DNA of 50,278 bases, counting the filler, from Bipalium vagum (lineage: Eukaryota): assembly GCA_037834085.1 (NCBI GenBank). It is 3 parts of 3 records of this genome, joined end to end, with 100 filler letters (N's around TTAATTAATTAA, not from the genome) between each part and the next. Parts side by side here need not be neighbours in the genome. Positions count along the whole stretch, not along the records: positions 1 to 16,364 come from JBBMKC010114730.1; positions 16,465 to 32,997 come from JBBMKC010106555.1; 1 more part is not named here. One strand, written 5' to 3'. Of the stretch, positions 14,235-27,100 are shown piece after piece. The position numbers and the translations under genes are program-made. How positions within the stretch are numbered: the stretch's first letter is position 1; the number at the start of each line of letters is the position of its first letter. The notes under the pieces were generated by a model. That model was not told where the DNA came from, made no database searches, and was given only the letters and a program-made list of their open reading frames with translations.

Positions 14235-15970
14235 TATTAACGATCAAAAGTATTAGGCAGATACTCGCATTTTTAAATATAATATCTTATTTATCACAAA
14301 TGTTTAACAGTTAATGTATTTATAAAATTTAACAATCTTCAAATATTTAATCGAACTAAAAAGAATATATACACTCTTTGACAAAATTATTTGCCCATTA
14401 CATATATCTGTATATTATATATATTATTGTAATCGATTAAATTTTGATGTTAATGAAGGTCGATATTTCAGTCAAATGGAGATGCATTGGAATGTTCGTA
14501 ATGTCATAATGTATATTTGATTAAATAAAGTATTTTTGTGTTAAATATCCTTGTTTTATTATGACGCATAATGATGACAAAATATAAAGTAATATTCATT
14601 CTAATATACAACGGGCAAATAGTTTGGTCAAAGAGTGTATATTTTATATCATATATAACATTCATCAAAGTAGGCTCTGTGATTTTTAATAAGAGTTGTA
14701 CAAATAATCGGCATACCATTGAACAATCTCCGTAGATTTTCTGGTGTGATTGCAACTCGTTGTACTTTTAGGGTCTCAAGAAGACTCTGCTGAAAATGAC
14801 TGTTGTCGAATTTTTCTGTACAATTCATTCCACAGTACTTCAATAGGATTAAGATGGCGGTGGAGGAGGCCATTATATTACTTGAAAAATATTCTGCTGC
14901 TCTAACTCCTCCAAGTAGGCTTTTCATATCTTGTTAGTATGTTTGGGATCATTGTCATGCATATATTTCTCTTAAATAATCGTCTCTCAGATGGCCTAAC
15001 AATATTTTCCAAAATATTCTTATAAACATCTTTTGTCAAGGTTCCTTCTATTTTGTGCAATTGGCCAACATTTTCTTCTCTAAAGCATCCCCAAACAATA
15101 ACGGAACTCCTCCAAACCTCACTGAAGACATCAAACAATTTCCAAAATACATTTCTGGTGAAAATCTTCTAATGAACGTAGTGTGAGGAGAACCGAAAAT
15201 CTGGAAGTTCGATTCATCTGAACATAGGACCTTTTTCCATTAGTCAAATGTCCAGTCTCGATGTTTGATAACCCACCTCAATCTTTTTGCTTTATTAACT
15301 TTTCTTAATAAAGGTTTTTTTACTACTCAACTTTACAACCTAAAACTATTTAACCTGTGCTTTATGGTAGGTACGCTGATATTCACTTCCTGAAATTGGT
15401 TATGTTTTACGACTATAACTCTCACTGTTAGACGTCTTTTTATCAGGCAATTTTTCTTAATTTATCTTTCTTGCTATCTGTTTTGTTTTCGTGGTATCCC
15501 GTTATCGATGTTTGTCTTCATGAAATCACTGATTTTGAAATCTGTGAAATGTTTATTGCACATAACATTTAAATATTTTCATTTTCTGAGAAATTTGAAC
15601 TACAGAACAAACTTCTTCATGATAAACCTGAATTCTTGTTCCGTTATTGTTAATTCTCTTATTTTGAACATTTTTCTAATAATATTTATATTTTATGATA
15701 AATAAAACAATGAAAAAAATTTTTTATTGTGTAAAAGTAATGTCTTTACATTAAATGCAACATAAAACATAATATAAGGCTTTTTAGTTTCTGAAATCAT
15801 TTACTTATCAAATTAAAAAATTTCATTGGAGATTTGCAAAGAAACATAAATAACAAGAATATTTGTATAATATGAATAAACATTTTTGAAAAGTAGATCC
15901 TTATGAATATGATCTAATCATGTTATATTTAAAATTGTTACTATTTGCCTACTACTTTTGAGCGGTAGTG
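14235..15970 (-). mobile_element. Degenerate full-length Tc1 (DD34E-type) transposon containing a nested MITE
   Basis: TIRs tattaacgatcaaaagtattaggca (from 14235) and reverse complement cactaccgctcaaaagtagtaggca (ending 15970), flanked by TA. Minus-strand remnants WKKVLCSDESNF, SVIVWGCF...LHKIEGTLTKDVYKNILE (ORF 14902-15138), HDNDPKHT and LRRLFNGMP (ORF 14649-14927). Confidence 0.92.
14372..14637. mobile_element. 266-bp Tc1/mariner-type MITE
   Basis: 28-bp TIRs cactctttgacaaaattatttgcccatt and cactctttgaccaaactatttgcccgtt (3 mismatches), TA target duplication at 14370-14371 and 14638-14639, no coding content. Confidence 0.9.
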
Positions 15971-15976
15971 TATATA

Positions 15977-16073
15977 CTCTTTGTTAGTTGAAAATTAATC
16001 GGAGATAACGGGATTTGAAACTAGGACCTTTCACGTGAGCATGAACTGCACTGACCACAGAGATACATCACCC
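15977..16073 (-). mobile_element. Degenerate tRNA-Ala-derived element (SINE head), copy 1
   Basis: Minus strand gggtgatgtatctctgtggtcagtgcagttcatgctcacgtgaaaggtcctagtttcaaatcccgttatctccg resembles tRNA-Ala with decayed A/B boxes. It aligns with copy 2 at 42493-42650, including about 20 nt beyond the tRNA end (…ctaaca). Confidence 0.75.
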
Positions 16074-16364
16074 AAATAATTTTCAATTTATCTCGCACTC
16101 TTAATTAAATCATTTAATTTTAATGATAAATTAAATTTATACAAGTGGTTAATTTATGATAATTCACATCTATATACATTAATAATTACATAGATACTAT
16201 TTGGTTGTTCATTAAGTCAGTGCGTTATTTTTATTAGTTTTAATAGTTCTAGTTTTTTGTGTCAATATATACTCCTCCACAAAAAAATACTACAAAAAAA
16301 TTTCAAATTTTTAAAACATTTTTATTTAAATATATAATTTCAATTTATATATAATCGTTGGAAT

Positions 16365-16464
16365 NNNNNNNNNNNNNNNNNNNNNNNNNNNNNNNNNNNN
16401 NNNNNNNNTTAATTAATTAANNNNNNNNNNNNNNNNNNNNNNNNNNNNNNNNNNNNNNNNNNNN
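16365..16464. other. Assembly gap with artificial TTAATTAATTAA spacer
   Basis: 44 N + TTAATTAATTAA + 44 N = 100 bp, identical in layout to the gap at 32998-33097. Confidence 0.95.
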
Positions 16465-16542
16465 ATAAATCCTTATGAAAATGATCTATTTGTATTATAT
16501 TTAAAAATTCAAGTACCTGCCTAATACTTTTGAGCGGTAGTA
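16465..16542 (-). mobile_element. Terminal fragment (TIR end) of a second copy of the 14235-15970 Tc1 family
   Basis: atccttatgaaaatgatcta...tgcctaatacttttgagcggtagt aligns with 15897-15970. Confidence 0.8.
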
Positions 16543-17971
16543 TTTTGAAACCCATTTGTTATTTTCAAACTCTCCTATTAAATATACTTCCTTCTATCAA
16601 GAGCTTCTGAGTCTTAATAAATACTTGAATATTAAACGAACCCCAAAATTATTTCCTACCTAATATTTTATCAATCAGACCCTACTACGGAATTCAGGAT
16701 TTTGTCTTTGGCGGACTCACCAATTTTAATAAAATATTTCAAGTTACCGTGAAATTAGATTTATTGGTTTTCATTGATCTTTTAATGATATTATGGAGAC
16801 TCCAATTAAATCCTCCCAGCTCACCATATTCCTCAACAAATCTTCCAAGCCCAACACTAAGTATGGCAATGAGTTAAATTGTTCTTCTTATTTGAGGACC
16901 TCTGAGCCTAAGAGTGAGAGGGCTTTTTAACCCCAAATTAAATCAAACCCTTGAAAAGAAATTATATTAAAATCCATCAAGAATGATCACTCGTATTTGT
17001 AAAATCCCTTTTTAATATAAAATATAATTTTGAAAAAACTTGAGTTCGGTTTAGTCATTTCTATTCGATTTAGACCTTATTATTTTAAAAATTTTTCACA
17101 TAATAAAAGCAACCTTCGCCGTTAAGACCTAATAAATATTATTTTAAGCTCCACCTTTTATAACTTTAGGATCTTTACAATATGATAAAAAAAGTAAAAA
17201 ATAAATCAAAAATCAATATAATTTTGTGATAAGAATTTTTAATAAAACATTCGATTTTTTTGCATTCTGATTTATCGTGCATTTTTAGAATTTTTCTGAA
17301 ATTTATTCGAATTAAAAATAAAAAAAAGCGTTTTTCACATAAAAAAATCAATTGAATTTTAATATATTCCAATTTAAATAAAAATATTCATTTTAATATT
17401 CATTAATATTTGTTTCGTGATCCTACAGAATTTGTTTTCTGCATTCTGATTGAATTAATTATGAGAAATGAATTTAATTTAATTAATAAATAATAATTTT
17501 AATATTTAATTATCATTAATCACTAGCATATTTTAAAAATGTATTGTTCTGCAATAATAAATTAAACCCAATTTTCGATTAATTTGATTAATGGAATTTG
17601 TCAGAAATATCGACAATTTGTTTTATTTCACGATTTTTATTCATAAAAATTTAGTAAAGAATGAAATTTAACTAATGGATTATCGACGGGTTCATGACAT
17701 TTCCCAGTAAAATATAAAAAAAATAACTGATCAATAAAACTGTTAATTTTGTAACACAATTATGTATAAATATCTCAACTTTAATAAACAAACAATCGTT
17801 GTAAAGGAATTTTTATATTTTTGTACAATTTGTGCATTTTTTTTGTTTATAAAATAAATAGCAAAAAATGAGTTAACTGATCAAAAAAATTTTTTCAAAG
17901 AAATTCTCTTTCATATTTTGACATTTTTAAGCGGAAAAAAAATTGTTTAGTGATTTTAAAAAGGTCGATTT

Positions 17972-17982
17972 CTGATTGGCTA
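17972..17982 (-). promoter_or_regulatory. Candidate CCAAT box upstream of the hidden multi-exon gene
   Basis: CTGATTGGCTA (reverse-orientation NF-Y-type site) about 130 bp upstream of the spliced start codon at 18108. Function is not demonstrated. Confidence 0.35.
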
Positions 17983-18107
17983 ATATTAATAGAAATTTTT
18001 TCCAATAGAAATTATTCACGGTGTGTTTGTTTAAATTGATTACAAATTCTGTGATTCATATTTTTTGGATTAAACATTTTTGTCAAAGTTGAATTTTGAT
18101 TTTTAAC

Positions 18108-21100
18108 AGTAAATTTTGTTTTTTTCTTTTTTTTCTTAATTCCTTTTCAGTGTCTGTGAAAATAAATGAGGAATATTCCGACAAAATGAATAACGACTCA
18201 GACATTTTCAGGTAAGATTTTATTTTATAATATTTAGAAATAATCAATAGAAATAAGAGAAGTTTAATTTAATTTTTATTTTGTCGAAAAATTAAGTTTT
18301 AATCTCAAAAACTGAAGATTGAAAAGAAGAGAATAAAGAAGAAAAAAATATTGTTATTATTATTTCATATTTTATGGTAAAATAGTAAAGTATTGTTATT
18401 TCGATATTTAATGATTTTAACGAAAATTTTTATATCGTTATTTATTTTCTTGATATTGAGAAACTACATTCGATAATTATTTGACCTTGATAAAATATAA
18501 TTATTTATATTTTGGGAGAATTGTTTAAGTGGTTATTTCCTGCCTGTAAAATTAAAAGAATAAAATTGATTTAAAATTGAAATTTAATGAATTAGTTAAT
18601 TTTCAAAAAACATTTTTTCATCGTAATACTCCAAATGAGAAAAGGAAAATTTTAATTTATTTAGAAAATTAATTACAGACAGAAAATATTTCAAGATCTC
18701 CACCACTGAAATAGACAGGCCCAAAAATTGGTTTCAATCGATAATAATGTTTAGCAAAATTGCCAGCCTCCATCGGGAGTCTGATATAATCACTATGAAA
18801 CTTTCCCATACTTGACTATGGCAAATTTGTATTCCATTACCATTGATCTTGTTTTATTCCGTAATGGTATGCTGAGTCGAGGAACATACATGAGCCTCGA
18901 AATACCCAGAGATTTTATTGGTCATAAATAAATAATAATAATAATAATAATAATCAAATGAAAATTATTTTATTTTGTAATTATTTTCATGTTTAATTAA
19001 AAATTTTGCTGTCAGGAATAAATGGTGAAACATTTTATAATTAAAAAAAGGAAAGAAACGAAGATTTGTAATATAAATAGAATGGGAGAGAATATTTTTT
19101 CTTTATCCTCCTTTTCGAAAAATAAAATAATAAATAGAAAAAATAAATACGTGTCAATTGATCAATCTTTCAAAGCATCGAATCTGTTTTATTAATTAAT
19201 CTTGTGATCAACATACGGATAGGCCCTTACAATTATTCAAAGATAATGTAATTTGATGCCTTCGTCTTTGTATTACAAATTCATTTGATGCTTTGACGAT
19301 TATATAAAATATGCTGTATTAATTTTCACTTGACCCATTTTTTATTAATGTTTTACGTTTCTGTTTTTCAATTATTAATTAGGCTTTGTTTAAAGCCATC
19401 AAAAATCATTAAAAATATATTTCTGCTTTTATTTACCGAGCTTTATATATTATAAACCTTGATCAATAAACAAGTTCTAGTAAATAAAATATTTTTATTT
19501 CAGCTGCTTTTTAATTTAAGCCCTAAAAAATAAAAGATTTTAATGATTTCTTATAAAATTAATTAATAAATCAATATTATTAAGTGCCCCAAAAGAAATC
19601 CCTGCGACTTTTCAAGTATCATTTCAATCGCACTTATTTGATATTAATTTACGATAAATAAAATTAGATTTAATTAATAAGGTGGATATTTAATCGAGTA
19701 TTTTTTTAAATAATATCATTGAGAGATACATATTTAAATATCAAAATATGGATACAGATAAGATACATATTAGACACTGTCTACTGTATGAATTTGATCA
19801 GGGTTCTAGTGCAAAAGTTACTCACTAGAGGATTAAAGAAATTTGTGAGAAGAATGGATTGAGTGAGACTTAATTCAAGATATGGTATTGATTGATTTAG
19901 AAATAATAATGGCACACTTCTCGAAAACTGGTTGACCATCGATTCTTGGATTCCAGGCAAACCGCTTTTCTTTGCAGCACTTTTTTAAAAGTAAAGGGGT
20001 TTTCAACAATAAGTAAAATTATTTTTTGATTAAAATTTGCTTTAAAAATTTCCGGTATGATCCAGTCCTTGATGGAAATTTGACAGATTATTGTCGACAA
20101 TGAAGATGAATACATATTTCAATTATATTATTTTGTATTAGATATATGTTATTTTAAAAAATTGCTTTTGGATCGCCGGTTTCTTTTCGGGTTGTGAAAG
20201 GGAAACAGTATCGGCATTTTCATTAACTTGTCGCAAATTTTTTTTATTAAATATGGTGAGTTATGACTTATTTTAGTAATATTGATTTTCTTTTGAGTGA
20301 GTTAAGACTTATTTTTAGTAATATTGATTTTCTTTTGGGTCACTAAGATCTTAAAAATAAGAAAATGGGTCGCCATAGAAAAAGGGTTGAGAACCGCTAA
20401 AGTAGACAATTGCTTACAGCGTATCCATTGTGTCAGCTTAAACGTATTTCCTTTCAAATTTTTGAGATCTAAATGAAATAAAATTTTAAAGATATTTGGA
20501 AGGTGGATTAGCCGATTTAATATTGAAGAATGCAATTCGTTATGTCAATCTCAAGGTGGATGACTGTTCACAGAATGTGGACGAGGCAACGAGTAAACCA
20601 ATGGTTTATTCCTTCATATCATCATGAAAATAAGTGAGATTTCAGAACAGTTGGGAAAATCTGTGAGAAATTTTTCGCTCAATAAATGATAATTACGATT
20701 CAACAATGGAAACAGAGATTAATGCAAAAGGAAAATAATGAAAAACATACTTTCAACGTATAAGACATTCAATCACCACAATAAAACATTTATTTAATTT
20801 CTTATTGTTTTAAACAAGCAACACATATTCCACATACAATTATAATATGTATTCCTTCGAAGGAAAATACCACAAACAGGAAAAGTGAAATTACCAGTTG
20901 AGATAAGATTAACGTTTTAAATCAATGGACTGAAGTTTCTTATAAATGGCTATTTCCATAGAAATAATAAAATAGGTATAAACCATATAAACAATGTTTA
21001 TTGGTATCTTATTTTAATGTTATAGATATTTAAAATATCTCCGTTACCAATAATTGGAATTAGAAACCAGTTTGTTTTAATTAATCTTTTTGAAGACACA

Positions 21101-24100
21101 TTTTAACGTCTTAGGAGTTTTATTTCTAAATTTATTGTAGAAAACCGATGATTAAAACAAAATTTATGAATAATTTCTTCCACATTGAAGCCAATTTTAG
21201 AGATCAATAATAGGAATCAATATTGTTACTCTTAANNNNNNNNNNNNNNNNNNNNNNNNNNNNNNNNNNNNNNNNNNNNNNNNNNNNNNNNNNNNNNNNN
21301 NNNNNNNNNNNNNNNNNNNNNNNNNNNNNNNNNNNNNNNNNNNNNNNNNNNNNNNNNNNNNNNNNNNNNNNNNNNNNNNNNNNNNNNNNNNNNNNNNNNN
21401 NNNATTATTACTTTTGATTATTATTATTATTATTATTACAATATAAATAAATCTTAAAATGAAATCTAATCCCACCAGAAATCTCTTTGTAATTATTGTA
21501 TAAAGCATGTATAAAGTATATATGATAGGGATAATAATTTATTTATTAAATTCTGAGCTTTTCAGAATCGCTGAAAATTTATTAGATAAAATTTGCATAA
21601 TTTTATGAAATATTTTTATTTTATTTATTATTCTTAGACTGTCTTATTTTGAGGATGAATACAAAACTGCCACGGGATTGGATTCTCTGAAGTCAGCCAT
21701 GTCTGAATCTTTTGGTAGATTTATGTCAACTTTTTTCACTAAAATTATTTAATAATTTTCAAAAAAATTGCCTTTTAATTATTCATACGTCCTCTTAATT
21801 TTCATTTGGAGTTTTCAAAGTAACAAAAGAAAAATATGTCGGCGATATTTTATTTCTGAAACAAATTATATTAAAAAAATATTTGTTTTGTTTTAATTAG
21901 GACAGAATGACTTTAATCTGCATTTAGGCATACCCGTTTGTGCAACCTTTTTACCTGAAAACATGCTGCAAACATTGTTCTTTAAATTGTACCATAATAT
22001 ATTGGAGTGGGGCCGAACGAAGTGGCCAAACAATATTACCACATCTTCCACAATTCATCTATCAACATGCTTTTCCATAGCCATTTTCATACTACAAACG
22101 AATGGCGTTGTAAAGAACTAAACGTATATTATTCTAAGCCATGGTTTTTCAGCATCTCAAGTATGGCAGAAGTATGGTCGTTGATGATACCCTTTACGTT
22201 ACACAATATCGTATATTATGAAACGCTTATTGATTACAGCACTAAATTTTTCAGAAGAAATTTAAATTTAACATAGTCATAATTTGCTTCACCGTATAAT
22301 CTTGATGAATATTATTTTGTAAATCGTTATATATAATAATTATATATTATTAAAATCCTGATACTTTCAAACTGATTTTCGAAATATTTTATATATTCTT
22401 CACAAATATCTAATTGACGTTCCAGAAATATTTCGACATAATAATAAACAATAGAAATAAGAGGTAAAATTATGATCACGTAACAGACGACGTCAGACTT
22501 GAAATATGCACGAAATATCATGCAGGGAACCTAATATCTATAATCCAAACAGACTTGGAGTTATCATGTCAATAATAAAATATAGGGCAACAGGGTAAAA
22601 TTAAACCCAAATGTCAAATACATATGAAAATTTACTAAGGAAAAAAAAGAGGATTTTACTTGCACATTGAGGAATTTGGAAGAAAACTCATTAACGGAAT
22701 TGTCAGTGTAAACTTACCAGTATATTTATTTTGAAGAAAGCACTTCATGATTTTGAGTACAATTTTAAAAGGATTTCATTGGTTCATGAAAGAAGAAATA
22801 GTTTAGATGGTATATGTGACAAATGTGATTATGCAAGGAATAAATCGAACTATTGATTTATATGAATTAGAATCGAGTATTATTACGAGGGCAAACCAAA
22901 AAAATGCAAAAAATTTTCGAAATAAAGTGCAAATTCTTTTAAGAAAAATGCAAATTATTCTAAAATGGTGTAATTACTTTTTAAAAATATTGCAAAAAAT
23001 TTCAAAACCCTTTTATAAAAATTTTTTTTTAAAGTTAGACATTTGAATACAAAACTTTATTCAACTGCACAGGTATCGTTATTATTCAATCCGTTAAAAT
23101 AGGAAATAAAATAATTCCCGAGATTTTCTGGTTTAACATGTCTCTGAGGTCGAAAAATGGCTATTAACATTGAAAAACTTCTTTTGATTTGAGTTGAAGT
23201 TGAAGCACATTTCATGATATTGGACTAATCGATTGGAGATATATTTTGAATTTTGTATACCATAATTTTTTGGGAATCAAATTTTTCTAATCTTGTATTT
23301 AGATATTACTTTAAATTTATTGGGTCTTTGTCAATATTCATTTTCTTTATGATAGACCAAATAAATGCTCTTCCCTTATCGAATTCTTCTAAGAAATCAA
23401 TAAATTCTATGAGAATTCCATATGAATCTTTTATGGCAATAAGCTCACTATATAAAAATAGGCAAATTTTGTACTATGATATATTATATCTGCAGAACAA
23501 AGGCGTTTATTGGTATTATTTAAACAAATTTGCATTTGTTGCATTAAGTAATGCAAAAATATTTCTAAATAATGAAAAAAGTGCAAAAAATACATTTGGT
23601 TACCCTAATTATTACCTAAAATGAATAATTTTTCGATTATAATTAAAATAGAAAATACAAATGTAACACTTTATTCATATTTTTGTAGTGAGAACATATA
23701 AATTAGAAGATTTATAAACGAAAGATAATAGCGGGTGATAACCAGAAATCTAGATCAATTTCAACTGCAAAATTTATAAATCATTTTTTTGAAGAATTGT
23801 ATCATAAACATATTTTGTTGTTCCTATGGTGAATAAATATTATTTATAATAAATTTTTTTTAATAAATTATTTTACCACAGAAATCAAGACAACGTATAC
23901 TTCAACAGCGCCTTGTAAATTTTTATGAAATCAACGAATGGATGATGAATGTTATTTTCCATTCAGCAACTCTCCAGTGCCAGGAATTAACAGATTTTAT
24001 TCATACAGTCCTAATAAGTTCCAAAAAACATAAAAAGAACCTTATGTTGGACATTGTTATCTCAGAGAAAGGTGTTTCATAGCCATGGTTCAAGGATGGA

Positions 24101-27100
24101 GGCTTGGCAATCAATCAGAAAATATACTAGAAGGAATGTTTGTCCAAAATTTTAATTCCTTTTGTGAAAGATCAACATTTTAATGGCAATCGAAGACTTC
24201 TTTGGCATCCTAAAATTACCTGTATATAAAAATAACTCGAGAACAAAATCTTTGAACAATTAAAAATATACAACTTTTCTTGAAAAAAATAGACACTAAG
24301 TACGAAAAAGAATTTGGTAGAGGTAGTAGGACAAGGCTGAGGCATGCATCGGACTATGGTCCATGCTCCGTCTTTCATTAACGGAAATATACTGTTATAA
24401 AGTAAAATAATTTTATTTAAAAAATTGGTCTGTTACGTTTTTGGTAAAGATTAAATTAGGCCAGATTTCTACTTATCACTCGTTATAAATAATGTATAAT
24501 AAAAAATAAAAATTATTATAAGGTCAGAAATTATCTTCGTCGGGAGACCTTAAGAATGACACCCTCGATCTTCAGATATCTCAACAATGGTAACAACTTA
24601 CAAATCTGAATTCTTAAATAATTTTTATGACTAAATTTTTACTAAGCCAACCAACAAAAATGTTAAAGATAATCCTTAATTTTGAAACCCGGTCAACCGT
24701 AGACCAAACGGCTTTTATCTTTCCATATTCAGAAAAGTTTGAAACAAAATAGTTTTAATAAATTATGGTTGGAAGTCTTCGGATTGCTTGAATAGGCTCA
24801 AATGATAGAAAATCGGAACAGTCTAAATTATTATTTTTCTCATAAAGAAATCAGAAAATGATTTATGACTGCTCTATTGGAAATTTTCTAAGATTTCATA
24901 CTTCATTGTAGGTATCCCTAGACAAACTTAACTTTCCCCTGTTAAGAATGTTTATTGAAAAAAAAAATTCATAATTCAGAGACATGGCTCTTTTAAGACT
25001 GATCATTATTTAATACTGGATCACGTCTAGTAAAACAAAAACAAACAAACAACGTGAAGAGTATGGCGTCTTCTAAATCAGCTCTTCTGTGGTTTATTGA
25101 TCTTTTTGTTTTACTAAATCGAATGAAGACAAGATCTAAAATATCGATGTTTTTAATTATACTAGGAGAAATATAAATAACACAAATATAAGTTTAACTT
25201 TCTAACCTATTTGTTTGTTTAAAATAAATTATTATTATTAATAAATTTTTTTCTTATATTAATTATTTTATCTGACTTAAAATTTCTGTAATTTTATGAT
25301 ATATAATTATTATATTATGTTAATATATATAACATATATAATTTATTATTTTTTTAATATTATATTCTATTATTTTTTATATTATTTTTTATATTATTTT
25401 TAATATTATTTAATGATATTATATTAAGTTAATATATTATTTTGTTTTCCTACTATCAAAATAGTATTGTTCTTTGATTTGATTTCTTAATTTAAACCTG
25501 TCATTATTAATAAATTAATAAATTATTCATTTAAAATTTTATAAATTCCAAAATTTAAAAATAAAATAAAATGAAAATATTATTTTTTATTTATTTTTTA
25601 ATTTGCTTTACGACTTTTATGAATACGCGAAAAATTATGAGAACAGTTTTCTATAAGATAAAAAGCTTCCTTTAATGAAATAAAATAAAAAATTGAATAT
25701 AATATTTATATTTGATATTCTATTAGCGTTATTCACCCAAAAAATATTTAAGAAACATTAAAATATAATTATTTCTCTGCTGAAATCAGTGTGAATGAGA
25801 AATTATTCAAGACCACTATAAAATTGCTCGTTAATATCATACTGAAATGAGAGAATAAAATAAAATCCATTTCGTTATATTTCGTGATTATACTGATATC
25901 GATTTTTCCGTTGCCTAAATATAATATTATATAATAAAATCAAAGTTTTTCATATTGCTAAAACATTAAAATTTGATTATTAAAACAATTGATTGAGATA
26001 TATTTGGCAGTTCATATTAAAGCCAATTTAAAAATCTATAAAATGATGTATTATTTACCGAAATCAATAAAATATATCAGCTTTAAATATCATTTTCTAT
26101 TGAGTGCACAAAAGACACACCAACTTTTGGTTCAGTCTAATACTAATATTATAAATATAATAGTGTTTCGACGTTAATCATAATCATTTTCTTTTTATAT
26201 TTTTATATTAATTTTTTGTTTTACTAATTTCATTTTTAATTACTGTAAGATATTCTTATCTTTAAAAAATCTTTTAATAATTGTTACAAAATAGTCAATA
26301 AATTCATCCAATAATCAGTAAAATATTTTTCTGCATTTCTTGTTTCGTTTTTATTTGTTATCGATATATGGGAGAACCTAAGGGACGAAATAATATTTCA
26401 TTTAAAACGAAAATCGTCAAAAAGTTATACTATCAGCTTGGTGGTATTACGGAGGGATTATATACTTAAAACATTTATTAAGTCGTCAAAAATCAATTGA
26501 GTTCCTTTCAAAACTATGTGCTAAGAATTAAAAAAACAATCCAGTCATATGAGTACAAATTTTTACATAGGCACATATTTTTTGTTATTAGACAAAAATC
26601 ATTGGACTTTATTTGGAAAATACATTCTGTTAGAAAGGTAATGGGGATTTCTTATTTAAGTCCGCAGCGTTATAAATATGTTTATTTTTAGTAATATATA
26701 AACAAATGGCACTATTCTCAATTACAGAGCCAAGTTTAAGTGCTATCTATCAATAATTGTGTTAACCTTAGATGTTTTAATCATTCAGTATTATTATATT
26801 AAGATTTTCCAAAATGGGTGCATTTATGGAACCGGTTTAGAGTTAAATATAAAAATATATTTAGAAGCATATGAAGTTTATTTTAGTTTTGGTTTTATAA
26901 TGTATTTTAAGGGTCTGCATTACAACCAAATGAATACGCTTTAGAAATGAGACTGATCAGTAATATATAAATAAATAAAATCGTTCAAACTCCAAATTTC
27001 TCTTTTGAATTACAGCTAGCGTTCTCATTAATGATCCCATTGGTAATACAAAATTTATGATATTAATAAGGGATGAGGCAGGAATTAGAAAATAACAAAA

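Noticed and set aside
16409-16420. TTAATTAATTAA palindrome centred in N runs (also 33042-33053)
   Set aside because: The identical 44N-12-44N layout at both sites marks an artificial scaffolding spacer with stops in all six frames. It also means the true gap sizes are unknown, so exons could be missing near 33 kb.
19897-20220. Possible Tc1 N-terminal remnant on the minus strand
   Set aside because: Only vague similarity, with no TIR or catalytic motif identifiable by eye.
21197-21508. ORFs spanning the N gap
   Set aside because: Artefacts of translating N as X.
23253-23624. 123-aa plus-strand ORF, the longest in the track
   Set aside because: F/I/K/N/Y-rich composition expected from AT-rich non-coding DNA, non-ATG start and no recognisable motif.
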